DNA of 64,000 nucleotides from Vicinamibacterales bacterium (GCA_035537875.1 DATLLJ010000002.1:104283-168282), one strand, 5' to 3'. Positions 54,226 through 63,411 are shown, numbered from the stretch's first letter. Numbers and translations: made by a program. The notes: generated by a model from the sequence alone, not told the origin.

Positions 54226-55074
54226 CTAGTTGAGCGGGCAGCCGGCCCTGTTCCACTTGTCCAACTGCTGCGCATCGGTGAAGGTCAGGATCGCCTCGTA
54301 GCTGATCGGATAGCCGACCTGAGAGTGCAGCGCGTTCAGGATGGCCGCGGCTCGGGCCCGCGAGAGCGCGTCACCGTCATCTTCCGCCGACAACGCCACC
54401 AGCATCGTCTGGCTCCCGTCGCCGCTCCACGGCGTCAGGTCATCTGGAGCAAACCCCACCCATGAGTCGAAGTGTTGCGGCTGCTTCCAGTAACCTGGTG
54501 TGCAGCCACCATCGCCAGGGTAGGACGGTGGCGGCGGAGGCGTCGGAGGCGCCAACGACTCACAGCTCACATCCTGGTTCTGGTGCGCCATCAGCGGGAC
54601 AACGAACCCGGGCTGCCCTTCCTCGCGCGGGTGGATCTTGATGGCGCCGCTTTCAATGCCCTCGACCGTGATCCCGCCGTAGAAGTCTGTCTGGAAACAA
54701 CCTGTGGCGTTGGGAAACGCGAGCGAACCGTACTCGCCAGACCGCAGGGAAACCGTTTGGAGCCCGAGGAGAGTCTGGTCGATCACAGCCGGCGAATCAC
54801 GCCGAAACAGCGCGAAGACATAGCTCACGATGCGGTCGGTGCAGGGTGAGCCGTTGTAGAAGCGCACCGACCGACCGTCCTCGGCCATCCAGATCGACGT
54901 GTTCGCGCTCTCGCTGCAGTTCAGTGCATCTGGCTCGGTCGAGACCGGTTGAGTGCCCACCGGCGCCGGCGCGTCGCCGCCCAGTTCGCGGGCATTCATG
55001 CTCACCGGCTGCGGTGCCGTCAGCTGTGCGTTGCTGCAAGCGGCGCTGGCGAGCAGCGCGAGAACGACGGCCAT
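54226..55074 (-). CDS. Hypothetical lipoprotein with Pro-rich linker and Cys-containing C-terminal domain
   Basis: The ATG at 55074 gives MAVVLALLASAACSN (lipobox); an alternative ATG lies at 55161. The C-terminal part reads ...SLAPPTPPPPPSYPGDGGCTPGYWKQPQHFDSW...AGCPLN. I recognise no family. Confidence 0.6.
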   Translation of the reverse strand: MAVVLALLASAACSNAQLTAPQPVSMNARELGGDAPAPVGTQPVSTEPDALNCSESANTSIWMAEDGRSVRFYNGSPCTDRIVSYVFALFRRDSPAVIDQTLLGLQTVSLRSGEYGSLAFPNATGCFQTDFYGGITVEGIESGAIKIHPREEGQPGFVVPLMAHQNQDVSCESLAPPTPPPPPSYPGDGGCTPGYWKQPQHFDSWVGFAPDDLTPWSGDGSQTMLVALSAEDDGDALSRARAAAILNALHSQVGYPISYEAILTFTDAQQLDKWNRAGCPLN

Positions 55075-55643
55075 TCGACGTGGGACAAGCGTTGTGTCCC
55101 GGCGTTTCAGCGGCCGGTGCCTGTTCGATACGTTGTGAATGCCGGACACAAAATGCGACATGGTGACTTCGCGCTCTTTCGTGCTGCCCGAGTCGATCAT
55201 CCGCAGGTGAATTCGGCAAGTGTTGCGCCACTGATCGCGCTCGCGTCCAACACGTTCATCGTCAACGCTGTAGACGCCGGATCGCGGCGCCGTATTTGAC
55301 AGGGGAGTCCCTCGAGCGCGAAACAAAAGCCCGCTCACGGTCAGAACAATCCAACCAGGGCGCACCACGTTGTTCTTCCCATTGGGCGACTGGACGTGCC
55401 GTTTGTGTCGACGGATGGAACAGAGGTCCGGACGGTCACGAGCCGACGTCGGTCGGACCCCAGAAGCCGCGGATCGAACCAGATCTCTTCAGAGGAACCG
55501 GGCGGAGGCGCGCCGAATGTGCGTCGACGGGCCGATGGCACCGGGCAGCGAATAGGCGAGGGCCACGATGCCGCTGCCAGGCAATGTCTGTTGATCGGCC
55601 AGCGTCAACTTCGCCGCGGCGCCTGGCGGAAGAAGGGTTCGAG

Positions 55644-55661
55644 CAAGAATGTGCATTCTTG
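55644..55661 (-). terminator. Hairpin immediately after the tannase stop
   Basis: CAAGAAT-gtgc-ATTCTTG is a 7-bp stem adjacent to the stop codon at 55662-55664. Confidence 0.45.
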
Positions 55662-57332
55662 TCACGGCGCCGCGGGCGTGACGCATCTGAAACTTGCCGC
55701 GATGTTCACGTCGCCGGAGCCGTTGTACTTGGGCCAGGCGGGATAGACGCACAGCGGCCGGCTGCGATTACTGCCCTTGTTCGCGTCCACGGCGCTCAAG
55801 GTGCCTGGAGCGTTGCCTCTGTCGACCCACACGTCGAGCGCGCCGAGCGCATCGAACTTGGCGTTGAACACGCCGTTGCCGTGGCCGAATCCCGGAATGT
55901 GGTAGAAGCGCACGAACGAATCGAGCGTCGTCTGGCCGAAGCGGGTGACCAGCCGGTTGTAGTAGTCGAGCGTGTTGTACGGTGTGATCGAATCGTCAAT
56001 CGCGCCGACCATCAGGATCAGCTTGCCGCCCTTGCTCATGAATTGAGTCAGGTCGACGCTGTTCGCGTCGAGGATTGTCGAGACCTCGACGATGCGTGCG
56101 GCCCACTGGTTGGGGTCGAACGTCAGCGTGTTCAGCGTCAGGTTTCTGGTGATGATGTATCGAATCGTCGCATCCGAGGGCCTGTACTGGAACGCGTCCC
56201 CCTGGGCAGGAGGAAACGACGGCGTCGGCGAGTTGCCGAGCGTGTTGGCGAGAAACGTCGCGCCGTCCAGAACGGGCCACTTCGGGAACGTCGTCAGCCC
56301 GCCGGCTACGGGAAACGGGAGCGAGAACGGTGAGTTGATCGCATCGACGGCGGCGAGCTGCGCGTCTGACAGGCACGAATCGCCCGAGTCGCTGCCATCG
56401 GCGCAGCGAAGCCTCGCCCTCACGGCGTCGATCGTGAACACCCTGTTGCACCCCGCCACGTCGCCGATGATGCCGTCCTCGAGCGCGTCCAGCCCGTCAC
56501 AGGCCGAATAGACGGCAGCAACCAGCGTGTTGACCTTGTTGGGGTTGATCCACGATTCTTTCGTCCTGTAGAGCGCTTTCGCAAAGTGGTTCGCGGCAAG
56601 ATGCAGCAATGTCACGTTGTATGCCGGATACAACGAGACGACGCCGTCGAAATCGGCGGGGTACTTCTGCGCGGCGATCAGGGCTTCGTGACCTCCTTGA
56701 GAGCCGCCGATGAAGTACGAGTGTCGGGACGCCATACCGTAGCGCAGGCGAGTCAGGTGGACGCCGACGTCGTGCGTCTTCTTCACCTGGAGGTGGCCGA
56801 AATTGGCCAGCGACTCGGCGTTCAGCGCAAACGTGCCGTCAAACCCCGTGCCCTCGTGTCCCGAGTCGCTGCCGAGGGTGACGTAACCCTGCGCCAGCGG
56901 CGTCGGGGCGGTCGGCACCTGGTTGCTCGCGCCGCCGAGGCCGGTCACGACGGATCCGTCGAACCCGCCGCCGCCCATCTGCAGTGAGCGGTTGTTCCAG
57001 GTGGTCGGAAGATTGATCTGAAACCTGATCGGCGGCGCGAGCGGATCGACAGGGTGAATCGACCCGAGCACCTTGCAGAATTCGCCGTTTGCGTTTCCAG
57101 CCTCGGTCGCGGAGACGAGCGACGCCGCCACGACCACCGCGCCGCCCGTCGGGAGCCCGATGGCTTCACGCGGAATCACCGTGTTCTGAAGGGCAGAACA
57201 CAACTCCCGGGGCGACCGTCCGATCCGTCGATCAGCTGTTTGCGCGAGAGCGACATCCGGGGCGCCGGCTCTCCAGAAGAACAGCGTCGCGCCTGCCAAT
57301 GTCGCCATCGCCAGCCGGGTCGCGGATCTCAT
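55662..57332 (-). CDS. Tannase/feruloyl esterase-family hydrolase (secreted), second paralog
   Basis: 556 aa with a signal peptide. The motif YFIGGSQGGHEALIAAQKYPADFDGVVSLYPAYN matches the family. Confidence 0.8.
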   Translation of the reverse strand: MRSATRLAMATLAGATLFFWRAGAPDVALAQTADRRIGRSPRELCSALQNTVIPREAIGLPTGGAVVVAASLVSATEAGNANGEFCKVLGSIHPVDPLAPPIRFQINLPTTWNNRSLQMGGGGFDGSVVTGLGGASNQVPTAPTPLAQGYVTLGSDSGHEGTGFDGTFALNAESLANFGHLQVKKTHDVGVHLTRLRYGMASRHSYFIGGSQGGHEALIAAQKYPADFDGVVSLYPAYNVTLLHLAANHFAKALYRTKESWINPNKVNTLVAAVYSACDGLDALEDGIIGDVAGCNRVFTIDAVRARLRCADGSDSGDSCLSDAQLAAVDAINSPFSLPFPVAGGLTTFPKWPVLDGATFLANTLGNSPTPSFPPAQGDAFQYRPSDATIRYIITRNLTLNTLTFDPNQWAARIVEVSTILDANSVDLTQFMSKGGKLILMVGAIDDSITPYNTLDYYNRLVTRFGQTTLDSFVRFYHIPGFGHGNGVFNAKFDALGALDVWVDRGNAPGTLSAVDANKGSNRSRPLCVYPAWPKYNGSGDVNIAASFRCVTPAAP

Positions 57333-57654
57333 GGAACCACCTCCTCCGGCTCAGCCCAGTCACTGGAGCTTCGGGACGCCTGCAGTGTAAACGATTCGAC
57401 ATGCCGGCCGAAGTGGCGCCCCACTCCTCCGGGGCAACGTCGGCGACATGTTGCGTGAACGTCCACCAGTGACCGGCATGGTCTCGAACCGTGTACTGCC
57501 GCTCGCCAAATGGCATGTCTGCGGGCGGTTGAACGATGTGTGCGCCGCACCGGACCGCCTGCTCAAAGTGCCGATCGACGTTCACGACAGGCGAGCGGAA
57601 GCAGCAGGACGGTTTGTGTGAGCGGTACCAACCCCGCGGCGACGGCGACGACAA
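57232..57654 (-). pseudogene. C-terminal fragment of a VOC/glyoxalase-family gene
   Basis: Only 57415-57588 look homologous: VVNVDRHFEQAVRCGAHIVQPPADMPFGERQYTVRDHAGHWWTFTQHVADVAPEEWGA, which is the second beta-alpha-beta-beta-beta module. There is no room for the N-terminal module before the ltaE stop at 57679. The ORF tail overlaps the tannase start by 100 nt. Confidence 0.5.
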
Positions 57655-57678
57655 CGGCGATGAAAGCGAAGATCTCGA

Positions 57679-58722
57679 TCAGGCGGCGCATCGATCCACG
57701 ATATCCAGCACGACATCGGCTGCGCGCTCGCACTGCTCCCGCGACACATCCAGATGGGTCACCGCTCTGATGGTGCGTGGACCAAATGCAAACACCAGGA
57801 GGCCGCGCTCCCGTGCCCGCGCGACGACGGTTTGCGCGTCTGGACCCTCGGCCGCGATAGAGAAGATAACGATGTTGGTTTGGACAGTCGAGAGGTCGAT
57901 CACGATTCGGCGGCTGGTGGCGATCTTCTCGGCGAACAACCGCGCGTTCGCGTGATCGTCGGCCAGCTTGTTGATGTTGTGTTCCAGAGCATAGAGGCCC
58001 GCGGCCGCGAATAGCCCGACCTGGCGCATGGCGCCGCCGAGCATCCGGCGATATCGAAGACAGCGGCGGATGGTGTCCGCCGCCCCAGCCAGCACCGAGC
58101 CCCCCGGAGCGCCAAGTCCCTTGGAAAGAGCCACTGAAACCAGGTCGAACGGGGCCGCACACTCCGAGGGAGAGCGACCGGACGCCACAGCCGCATTCCA
58201 CAGCCGCGCTCCATCGAGATAGCTGGCGACGCCGTGGTCGGCGGCTGCCTCACAGATTCTGATGGCTTCGGCCTGCGTGAAGACGACTCCACCCGCCCGG
58301 TTATGGGTGTTCTCGATCTCGACCAGCGTCGTAGGCGGATAGACGATGTGCCCGGCCGGCTTGAGGGCGTCGAGAAATTCCTCGCGCGTAAAGATCCCAC
58401 CGGCGCCGATGGCCGTGAACTGAACCCCCGCGTTCGCTCCCGACGCCCCGGTTTCGTGCCACACAGCGTGGCATTCCCGACTGACGATTACGTCGTCTCC
58501 TGGACGAGTCAGCGCGCGCAGAGCGACCTGATTCGCCATCGTGCCGGTCGGGAGCCACAGCGCCGCCTCCTTGCCCAGCATCGAGGCGATTCGCTCTTGC
58601 AGGCGAACGACGGTGGGATCCTCGCCGAACTGGTCGTCGCCGACCGGGGCGGCGGCGATTGCCGCTCGCATCTCCGCCGATGGGCGCGTGACGGTGTCCG
58701 AACGCAGATCAATCACGTCCAT
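57679..58722 (-). CDS. ltaE: Low-specificity L-threonine aldolase (PLP-dependent)
   Basis: The ATG at 58722 gives [38 protein letters not shown]. It has ...PTGTMANQ... and ...ENTHNRAGG.... Confidence 0.85.
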   Translation of the reverse strand: MDVIDLRSDTVTRPSAEMRAAIAAAPVGDDQFGEDPTVVRLQERIASMLGKEAALWLPTGTMANQVALRALTRPGDDVIVSRECHAVWHETGASGANAGVQFTAIGAGGIFTREEFLDALKPAGHIVYPPTTLVEIENTHNRAGGVVFTQAEAIRICEAAADHGVASYLDGARLWNAAVASGRSPSECAAPFDLVSVALSKGLGAPGGSVLAGAADTIRRCLRYRRMLGGAMRQVGLFAAAGLYALEHNINKLADDHANARLFAEKIATSRRIVIDLSTVQTNIVIFSIAAEGPDAQTVVARARERGLLVFAFGPRTIRAVTHLDVSREQCERAADVVLDIVDRCAA

Positions 58723-58741
58723 GCCCTCTGGCGCCGGCTGC

Positions 58742-59071
58742 TCAGAACATTCGAACCTCTTCCTCCGCGACGAGAAAGACAGGTTTGCCACCGCTCGAGA
58801 TGGAGATCGCGTGAGCGATGGCCTTCTGTGCCGGCGCAGACGCGGCAGCCGCCTGAAGCGCCGCCATGGTCGGAAAATGGAATTCCGCGATCCGGTAGAA
58901 CGGCGCCGGGGCGCCGTCGGCTGTTCCGACGATCTTTGACGCGACGAACTTCCTGATGCCTTTGAAGGTGTCGGCGGTCACCATCGGGACGTGGTCCTGC
59001 GTGTATGCCCGCTCGAACGCGTTCACGTCCGCGGGTGACGGGTATAGAACGATGACTTTAGCTCCGGCCAC
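58742..59071 (-). CDS. EthD-family protein
   Basis: The GTG at 59071 lies 6 nt after GGGAGG. The 109-aa product reads (M)[30 protein letters not shown].... Confidence 0.65.
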   Translation of the reverse strand: MAGAKVIVLYPSPADVNAFERAYTQDHVPMVTADTFKGIRKFVASKIVGTADGAPAPFYRIAEFHFPTMAALQAAAASAPAQKAIAHAISISSGGKPVFLVAEEEVRMF

Positions 59072-59092
59072 GATGAACCTCCCTCTACTGGA

Positions 59093-59124
59093 ATTGCAGG
59101 ATTGCAGAATTGCAGGATTGCAGA
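59093..59124. repeat. Four tandem octamers ATTGCAG(G/A), equivalent to two copies of a 16-mer
   Basis: The sequence is ATTGCAGG ATTGCAGA ATTGCAGG ATTGCAGA, followed by TTGAC. It lies 22-53 nt upstream of the EthD start on the coding strand, in an AT-richer spacer. Confidence 0.85.
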
Positions 59125-59195
59125 TTGACTCGTTCAACCTCCTTGTCACCCACCGCCTCGAAGGGGGCACACGCCGATCCTTTGTGCCTCGGCTG

Positions 59196-59735
59196 TCAGG
59201 CGCCATCGTCGAGGTACGGGCGAAGAAACTGTTTGAGCTCGGCAACGCTCTCCACGCGTCGAACCGACTGGGGAAAGTGCCGTATCGCGGACACTGATGC
59301 GTACGCCACGACAGGCTTGCCGTACTGCTGCGCCAACGATACCTCGGTCGCCGTCCCCTCCTCGCCGGGCAGCGCGACGATCGCGGCGCACGAGAGGACG
59401 TTGATGTGGTTGCGCGACAGGTCGTGCATACCGAGCCTGCCGCTATAGGGCAAGTGCGTGTAGATCGCGAGCTCGATGAACTGGTTGGGATAGCCGGCTC
59501 TTGGCGTCATACGATCCGTTTCGCTGGCGCAGGGGATGATACCGATACAGATTCCCCGACGGTCCCGCCGCGCGGTGAATGCGCGGCTGACCGCCGTCAT
59601 CACCCCGCCGCCTCCGCCCGTGAGCAGATTGACGCCGAGCTCTGCCAGGGCTTCACCGACCGGCCCTGCGTAATCCTCGTGCTCTGCGCTGCCGGAGCCC
59701 ATCACGCCCACCGTCCGAGCCGAGAGCGTCGCCAT
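59196..59735 (-). CDS. LOG/TIGR00725-like Rossmann-fold nucleotide-binding protein
   Basis: The ATG at 59735 gives MATLSARTVGVMGSGS. It has ...LLTGGGGGVMTAVS... and ...ALPGEEGTATE, the GGGxGxM and PGGxGTxxE-like LOG motifs. Confidence 0.65.
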   Translation of the reverse strand: MATLSARTVGVMGSGSAEHEDYAGPVGEALAELGVNLLTGGGGGVMTAVSRAFTARRDRRGICIGIIPCASETDRMTPRAGYPNQFIELAIYTHLPYSGRLGMHDLSRNHINVLSCAAIVALPGEEGTATEVSLAQQYGKPVVAYASVSAIRHFPQSVRRVESVAELKQFLRPYLDDGA

Positions 59736-59755
59736 GTCAACCAGTCTCTTCTGGT

Positions 59756-60109
59756 TCAGGCGGCTCGCTCGGGTTCGACGACGACCGCGGTACCGTATGC
59801 GAGGACTTCGGTCACCCCTGCGGTCACTTCGTTCGCGTCGTAGCGTACCCCGATCAGCGCGTTCGCGCCGCGCGCGGCGGCATGATCGAGCATCAAGCCA
59901 AACGCGTCCGACCGCGCTCTCTCGCACAGTTCCGTGTAGATCGTGATGTTGCCGCCGACGAGCGTCTGCAACACCGCACCGATGTTGCCCACGATGCTGC
60001 GCGAGCGGACCACGATGCCCCGCACCACACCCAGAGTCTTCACGGTCCGATAACCGGGCAGATCGAAGGCTGTCGTCACAAGAGACGAATCAACAGTAGA
60101 CACGCACAC
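59756..60109 (-). CDS. YbjQ/UPF0145-family protein
   Basis: 117 aa. The motifs [27 protein letters not shown]...[11 protein letters not shown]...AYGTAVVV match the family. Confidence 0.8.
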   Translation of the reverse strand: MCVSTVDSSLVTTAFDLPGYRTVKTLGVVRGIVVRSRSIVGNIGAVLQTLVGGNITIYTELCERARSDAFGLMLDHAAARGANALIGVRYDANEVTAGVTEVLAYGTAVVVEPERAA

Positions 60110-60188
60110 TCCTTTTCGTGAGAAATGCCTAGCGCCGACGGCGAGGACGCCAGGCCACAGCCTGAGCGGCTTCCGCCGAGTCGATCTT

Positions 60189-60767
60189 TCACTCTAACCC
60201 TCGCGAGGTTTGCCGCCGGCCACCAACCCATCGCGTGGCCAGGTCCTTTGCAGACCGCAGACGATCGGCCAGCTGCGCGGTGTGATGCTGGATGTGTCGA
60301 ATGTTCACGATCTGGTGTTCGAGCTTCGGCATCGTGTACCAGCTGAAACCGCTGGTTGGGCTGGTGAGGTCCAGCGTCTCCACGGCGCGATCGACCATCT
60401 CGTCGCAGATGCTCCAGTACTCGAGCGCTTCGCCTTTCGTATACGGTTTCGGGATGAGGGGAAGGCTGCTGCCCGGGTCCACCGGTCCCGCGATGCCGTC
60501 GGGATGCTGAACGTCGGCCTGGTGTCCCGTCCATGGCTGGAAGGCGGCTTCGTCGGGCATCAGGTAGAGGTGGGCAAAGAAAAGCGTGTGGTAGGCCACC
60601 TGCCAATACGCGTTGCGATGCTCGCCGCTGAACCATACGTCATCTGGGCACTGCTCAATCGCCTCGCGGAGCATCGCGAGGGCCGCATGATACTGGCTCT
60701 TCATCAGGACATGGATGGATGTCAGATCGATATGGTCCGCTGTCCGACCCTCCATGCGAACCTCCAT
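60189..60767 (-). CDS. DinB-superfamily protein
   Basis: 192 aa. Family features are ...[16 protein letters not shown]...HIQHHTAQL. Confidence 0.7.
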   Translation of the reverse strand: MEVRMEGRTADHIDLTSIHVLMKSQYHAALAMLREAIEQCPDDVWFSGEHRNAYWQVAYHTLFFAHLYLMPDEAAFQPWTGHQADVQHPDGIAGPVDPGSSLPLIPKPYTKGEALEYWSICDEMVDRAVETLDLTSPTSGFSWYTMPKLEHQIVNIRHIQHHTAQLADRLRSAKDLATRWVGGRRQTSRGLE

Positions 60768-60791
60768 GACTTCCGGGATCGTCTGAAAATG

Positions 60792-61535
60792 TCAGCAGCC
60801 GCGAGTGTACTTCTTGCGGACCACAAGATGCCCTGTCGGGGTGTACAGGTCACGAAGCGGAATCCGCAGCTCCCGCCACGGCGCGAGCGGAGGCGGATTG
60901 CCGCTTTCACACCACATGTCACCTGCCTGCTCTGGTCGCGCACGGAGCACATCCCGCTCAATACCCAGAATGAACAGATCGCCGAAGGGGCTGGAAACAA
61001 TCTGTTCGGGCTCGAGCAGGTGCAACTGGGGTTCGTCTCCGAGTTCCCTCGAGTCAACCCAGGTTTCTCTGAGTAACGGGACTTCCGGGAGGTGAAACCA
61101 CGTTGCGCGTCGCTCGAGAAATGTCTGGTGGAAGTACGGCCCGTATCCCCAATCTCGGTCGAAGAGATCTGGTTGAAACTCGGCCGCGGCACCACCTGTG
61201 GCAGGGACGAAAAACGATCGTAATCCCCGACCAGGAATCGCCATCAGCAGGAGCGAGCCGGCGGCAGCGGCCTTCTCGGACGGGCCCGACCAGAGCCGGA
61301 CGACGTGGACTTTCGGAGCCAGCTTCTGATCGCGGCACAGGTCCGACTCCACGCTGGTGCCGCTCGGACAGAGGCGTTGAAGCTGGTTTTCGTTTTCCAG
61401 CCACTCCACCAATTCTCGAGTGAACAACCCGAGCCATCCGACCTCGGTTGGCTCCGTGGTCTGCGCGACGGCGACGGGAACGCCGAAGGTCAATGCACCA
61501 GAAATCGTCAGCGCAATCGCTCGGATCATTCGCAT
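60792..61535 (-). CDS. Secreted hypothetical protein
   Basis: 247 aa with signal MRMIRAIALTISGALTFGVPVAVAQ. I recognise no domain. The gene looks somewhat less GC-rich than its neighbours (by eye). Confidence 0.6.
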   Translation of the reverse strand: MRMIRAIALTISGALTFGVPVAVAQTTEPTEVGWLGLFTRELVEWLENENQLQRLCPSGTSVESDLCRDQKLAPKVHVVRLWSGPSEKAAAAGSLLLMAIPGRGLRSFFVPATGGAAAEFQPDLFDRDWGYGPYFHQTFLERRATWFHLPEVPLLRETWVDSRELGDEPQLHLLEPEQIVSSPFGDLFILGIERDVLRARPEQAGDMWCESGNPPPLAPWRELRIPLRDLYTPTGHLVVRKKYTRGC

Positions 61536-61637
61536 TGAACACTATCTGAGGCTTCTTCGCTCTGCCGTCAGCAGCCTCTCCCCATCGTTTCGGACGGACA
61601 GTCTTGCGGCTGTGATCCAGGGCGCCGGTTCGACTTT

Positions 61638-61889
61638 TCAGAACCGGCGCATGATCAGCCACGCCACGATCAACACAAGTGGGGGCACGAGAGGAATCGC
61701 GAGCACACTCAAATCGACCGCCACCGCACCGATGCCGCCACTGCCTGAAGAGAACATCCCGCGCAGCTGGAACAGAACCCACCCGACAGCCAGGAGACAG
61801 CTGACAAGTATCCAGGTCGTGGAAACGAGGAGCACGCTTGCGAACGACCAACTGCGAAGTGCCTGCATCTTGGACCGCTCATCAACCAA
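61638..61889 (-). CDS. Small two-TM membrane protein
   Basis: 83 aa with two hydrophobic helices (FASVLLVSTTWILVSCLLAVGWVLF and LSVLAIPLVPPLVLIVAWLIM). It abuts the SDR stop. Confidence 0.5.
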   Translation of the reverse strand: MVDERSKMQALRSWSFASVLLVSTTWILVSCLLAVGWVLFQLRGMFSSGSGGIGAVAVDLSVLAIPLVPPLVLIVAWLIMRRF

Positions 61890-62753
61890 CTATTGACTCG
61901 TTGGCATCCGGAAGGGCGGCGGCTGCGTCCCATCGGCGTCAGTAAACCCGTACTCGCGCGCAAGCGTGCCGACCTCCACGAGCTGACCCGATCTGTTCAA
62001 CACCTCATTATCCGAGACCAGCGCCACAATCGCCCGTCCAAGGTACGCGGTGGTCTCTTTCGGTCCGCCTGGCCCGTTGATGGCGTCCGCCGCCCCGGCC
62101 CGCCGGAACGCCTCGACGACACGCTCGGTCCGCATGAAGCCAGGCGCCACGGCGAGGGCGGCAACGCCGTGGTCGCGCAGCTCCTGCGCCATCGCCCAGA
62201 CCAGACGCCCGACCGAGTGCTTGGCAAGGTCGTAGAAGAGATTGCGGATGTACGGCAGCGCGTCGAGGTTCGCCGTCGTGCTCACGATCAGACCGCGTCG
62301 CTGGGGCAGCATCAGCGGCACCGCCAGACGACTGGCCGTGATATGCGCTCGGACACCGGCGGTGAACATGCGGTCCCACTGACCGACAGATTGCTCCCAG
62401 AATGGCGCCAAAGGAAGAGGGCGGCAGTCGCTGCTCTCGTAGCCGCCCCACACGTTGTTGACGAGCAGATCGAGGCGCCCGTGATCGGCGCGAACACGCG
62501 CGAAAAGCGATTCGACGTCCGCGTCAACCGTATGGTCGCATCGGACTGCGACGCCGTGACCGCCGCGGTTCGTCACTTCCCTGGCGGACTCGTCGATGGT
62601 CCCCGGCACGTTGTCGGTTGTGGAACCGCCGTCGACGCTTCTACCGGTCACGTACACGGTCGCCCCGGCGGCGCCAAGCTCGAGGGCAATGCCGCGCCCC
62701 GCTCCGCGGCTGGCGCCAGTAACAATAGCAACGACGTCGTTCAAATGGGCCAT
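61890..62753 (-). CDS. SDR-family oxidoreductase
   Basis: 287 aa with VTGASRGAGRGIA and NNVWGG. Confidence 0.8.
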   Translation of the reverse strand: MAHLNDVVAIVTGASRGAGRGIALELGAAGATVYVTGRSVDGGSTTDNVPGTIDESAREVTNRGGHGVAVRCDHTVDADVESLFARVRADHGRLDLLVNNVWGGYESSDCRPLPLAPFWEQSVGQWDRMFTAGVRAHITASRLAVPLMLPQRRGLIVSTTANLDALPYIRNLFYDLAKHSVGRLVWAMAQELRDHGVAALAVAPGFMRTERVVEAFRRAGAADAINGPGGPKETTAYLGRAIVALVSDNEVLNRSGQLVEVGTLAREYGFTDADGTQPPPFRMPTSQ

Positions 62754-63206
62754 CTATCGATTCCCCGCATTCTGGATCGCTCGGATCGTGCGTTCGATAC
62801 GCCGAGCGCGCGTCTCGACCTTTTTCGCCTCGTCTATGGCCTCCATGTGCTCGCGCTGATGCGTGTAACTGAGTGCTCGCCACCGATCCAATGCGCCAGG
62901 CGCTGTCTTGAGGGCCCGAAGAAAATCAGCTGGCAGCGCCACCTCGCGCTTGGCCGTATCGAGCTCGAGACGTACTTCGACGGTTTCGCCGCCTTCCAAC
63001 CCGGCCGCCTCGCGGTTGGTCTTTCTGAGCGGGATGCACGGCGGACCACCCATCGCGGCAATCGTGCTGCGGTACGTGTACCCGTTGAGCGTCACCTTTA
63101 CGGCTGCCCGCACTTTACCGAACACGATCTTCGGATCGAACGTCAGCGGGATGAAGCACATCGACCCGTTTCGAACAACGCTCGTTCTGAAGGTTTTCGA
63201 AATCAT
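62754..63206 (-). CDS. DUF1905 plus YdeI/OmpD-associated family protein
   Basis: 150 aa. It has ...VKVTLNGYTYRSTIAAMGG... and ...LSYTHQREHMEAIDEAKKVETRARRIERTI. Confidence 0.7.
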   Translation of the reverse strand: MISKTFRTSVVRNGSMCFIPLTFDPKIVFGKVRAAVKVTLNGYTYRSTIAAMGGPPCIPLRKTNREAAGLEGGETVEVRLELDTAKREVALPADFLRALKTAPGALDRWRALSYTHQREHMEAIDEAKKVETRARRIERTIRAIQNAGNR

Positions 63207-63252
63207 GAGCCGCTCTCCTCAGCCCGAAGACTCGGTGGATCGTCACCGTTGA

Positions 63253-63327
63253 TCACCCATAGGTCAGCGTGGTATCCCCCGAGCCCTGAGCGAGCAGCGG
63301 GAGCAGACTTCTCAGGCAGGCTTTCAT
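63253..63327 (-). CDS. 24-codon micro-ORF with a strong Shine-Dalgarno sequence
   Basis: AAGGAGG is followed by a 6-nt spacer and then ATG at 63327. The product is MKACLRSLLPLLAQGSGDTTLTYG*. The ORF is too short for the track, and its coding status is unproven. Confidence 0.3.
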   Translation of the reverse strand: MKACLRSLLPLLAQGSGDTTLTYG

Positions 63328-63411
63328 TTGGGCCTCCTTACGGTGGGATCAACCCAGTCCTCGTGCGATGCGGCTCACGATAACCGCTGCCGACATCAGC
63401 CGCAAGCCGTG

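Noticed and set aside
57563-57691. A 42-codon hydrophobic ORF ([24 protein letters not shown]...) as a small membrane protein.
   Set aside because: It overlaps the ltaE 3' end, has no visible RBS, and Ala/Val-rich frames arise easily in GC-rich DNA. It is mentioned only within the VOC-fragment finding.
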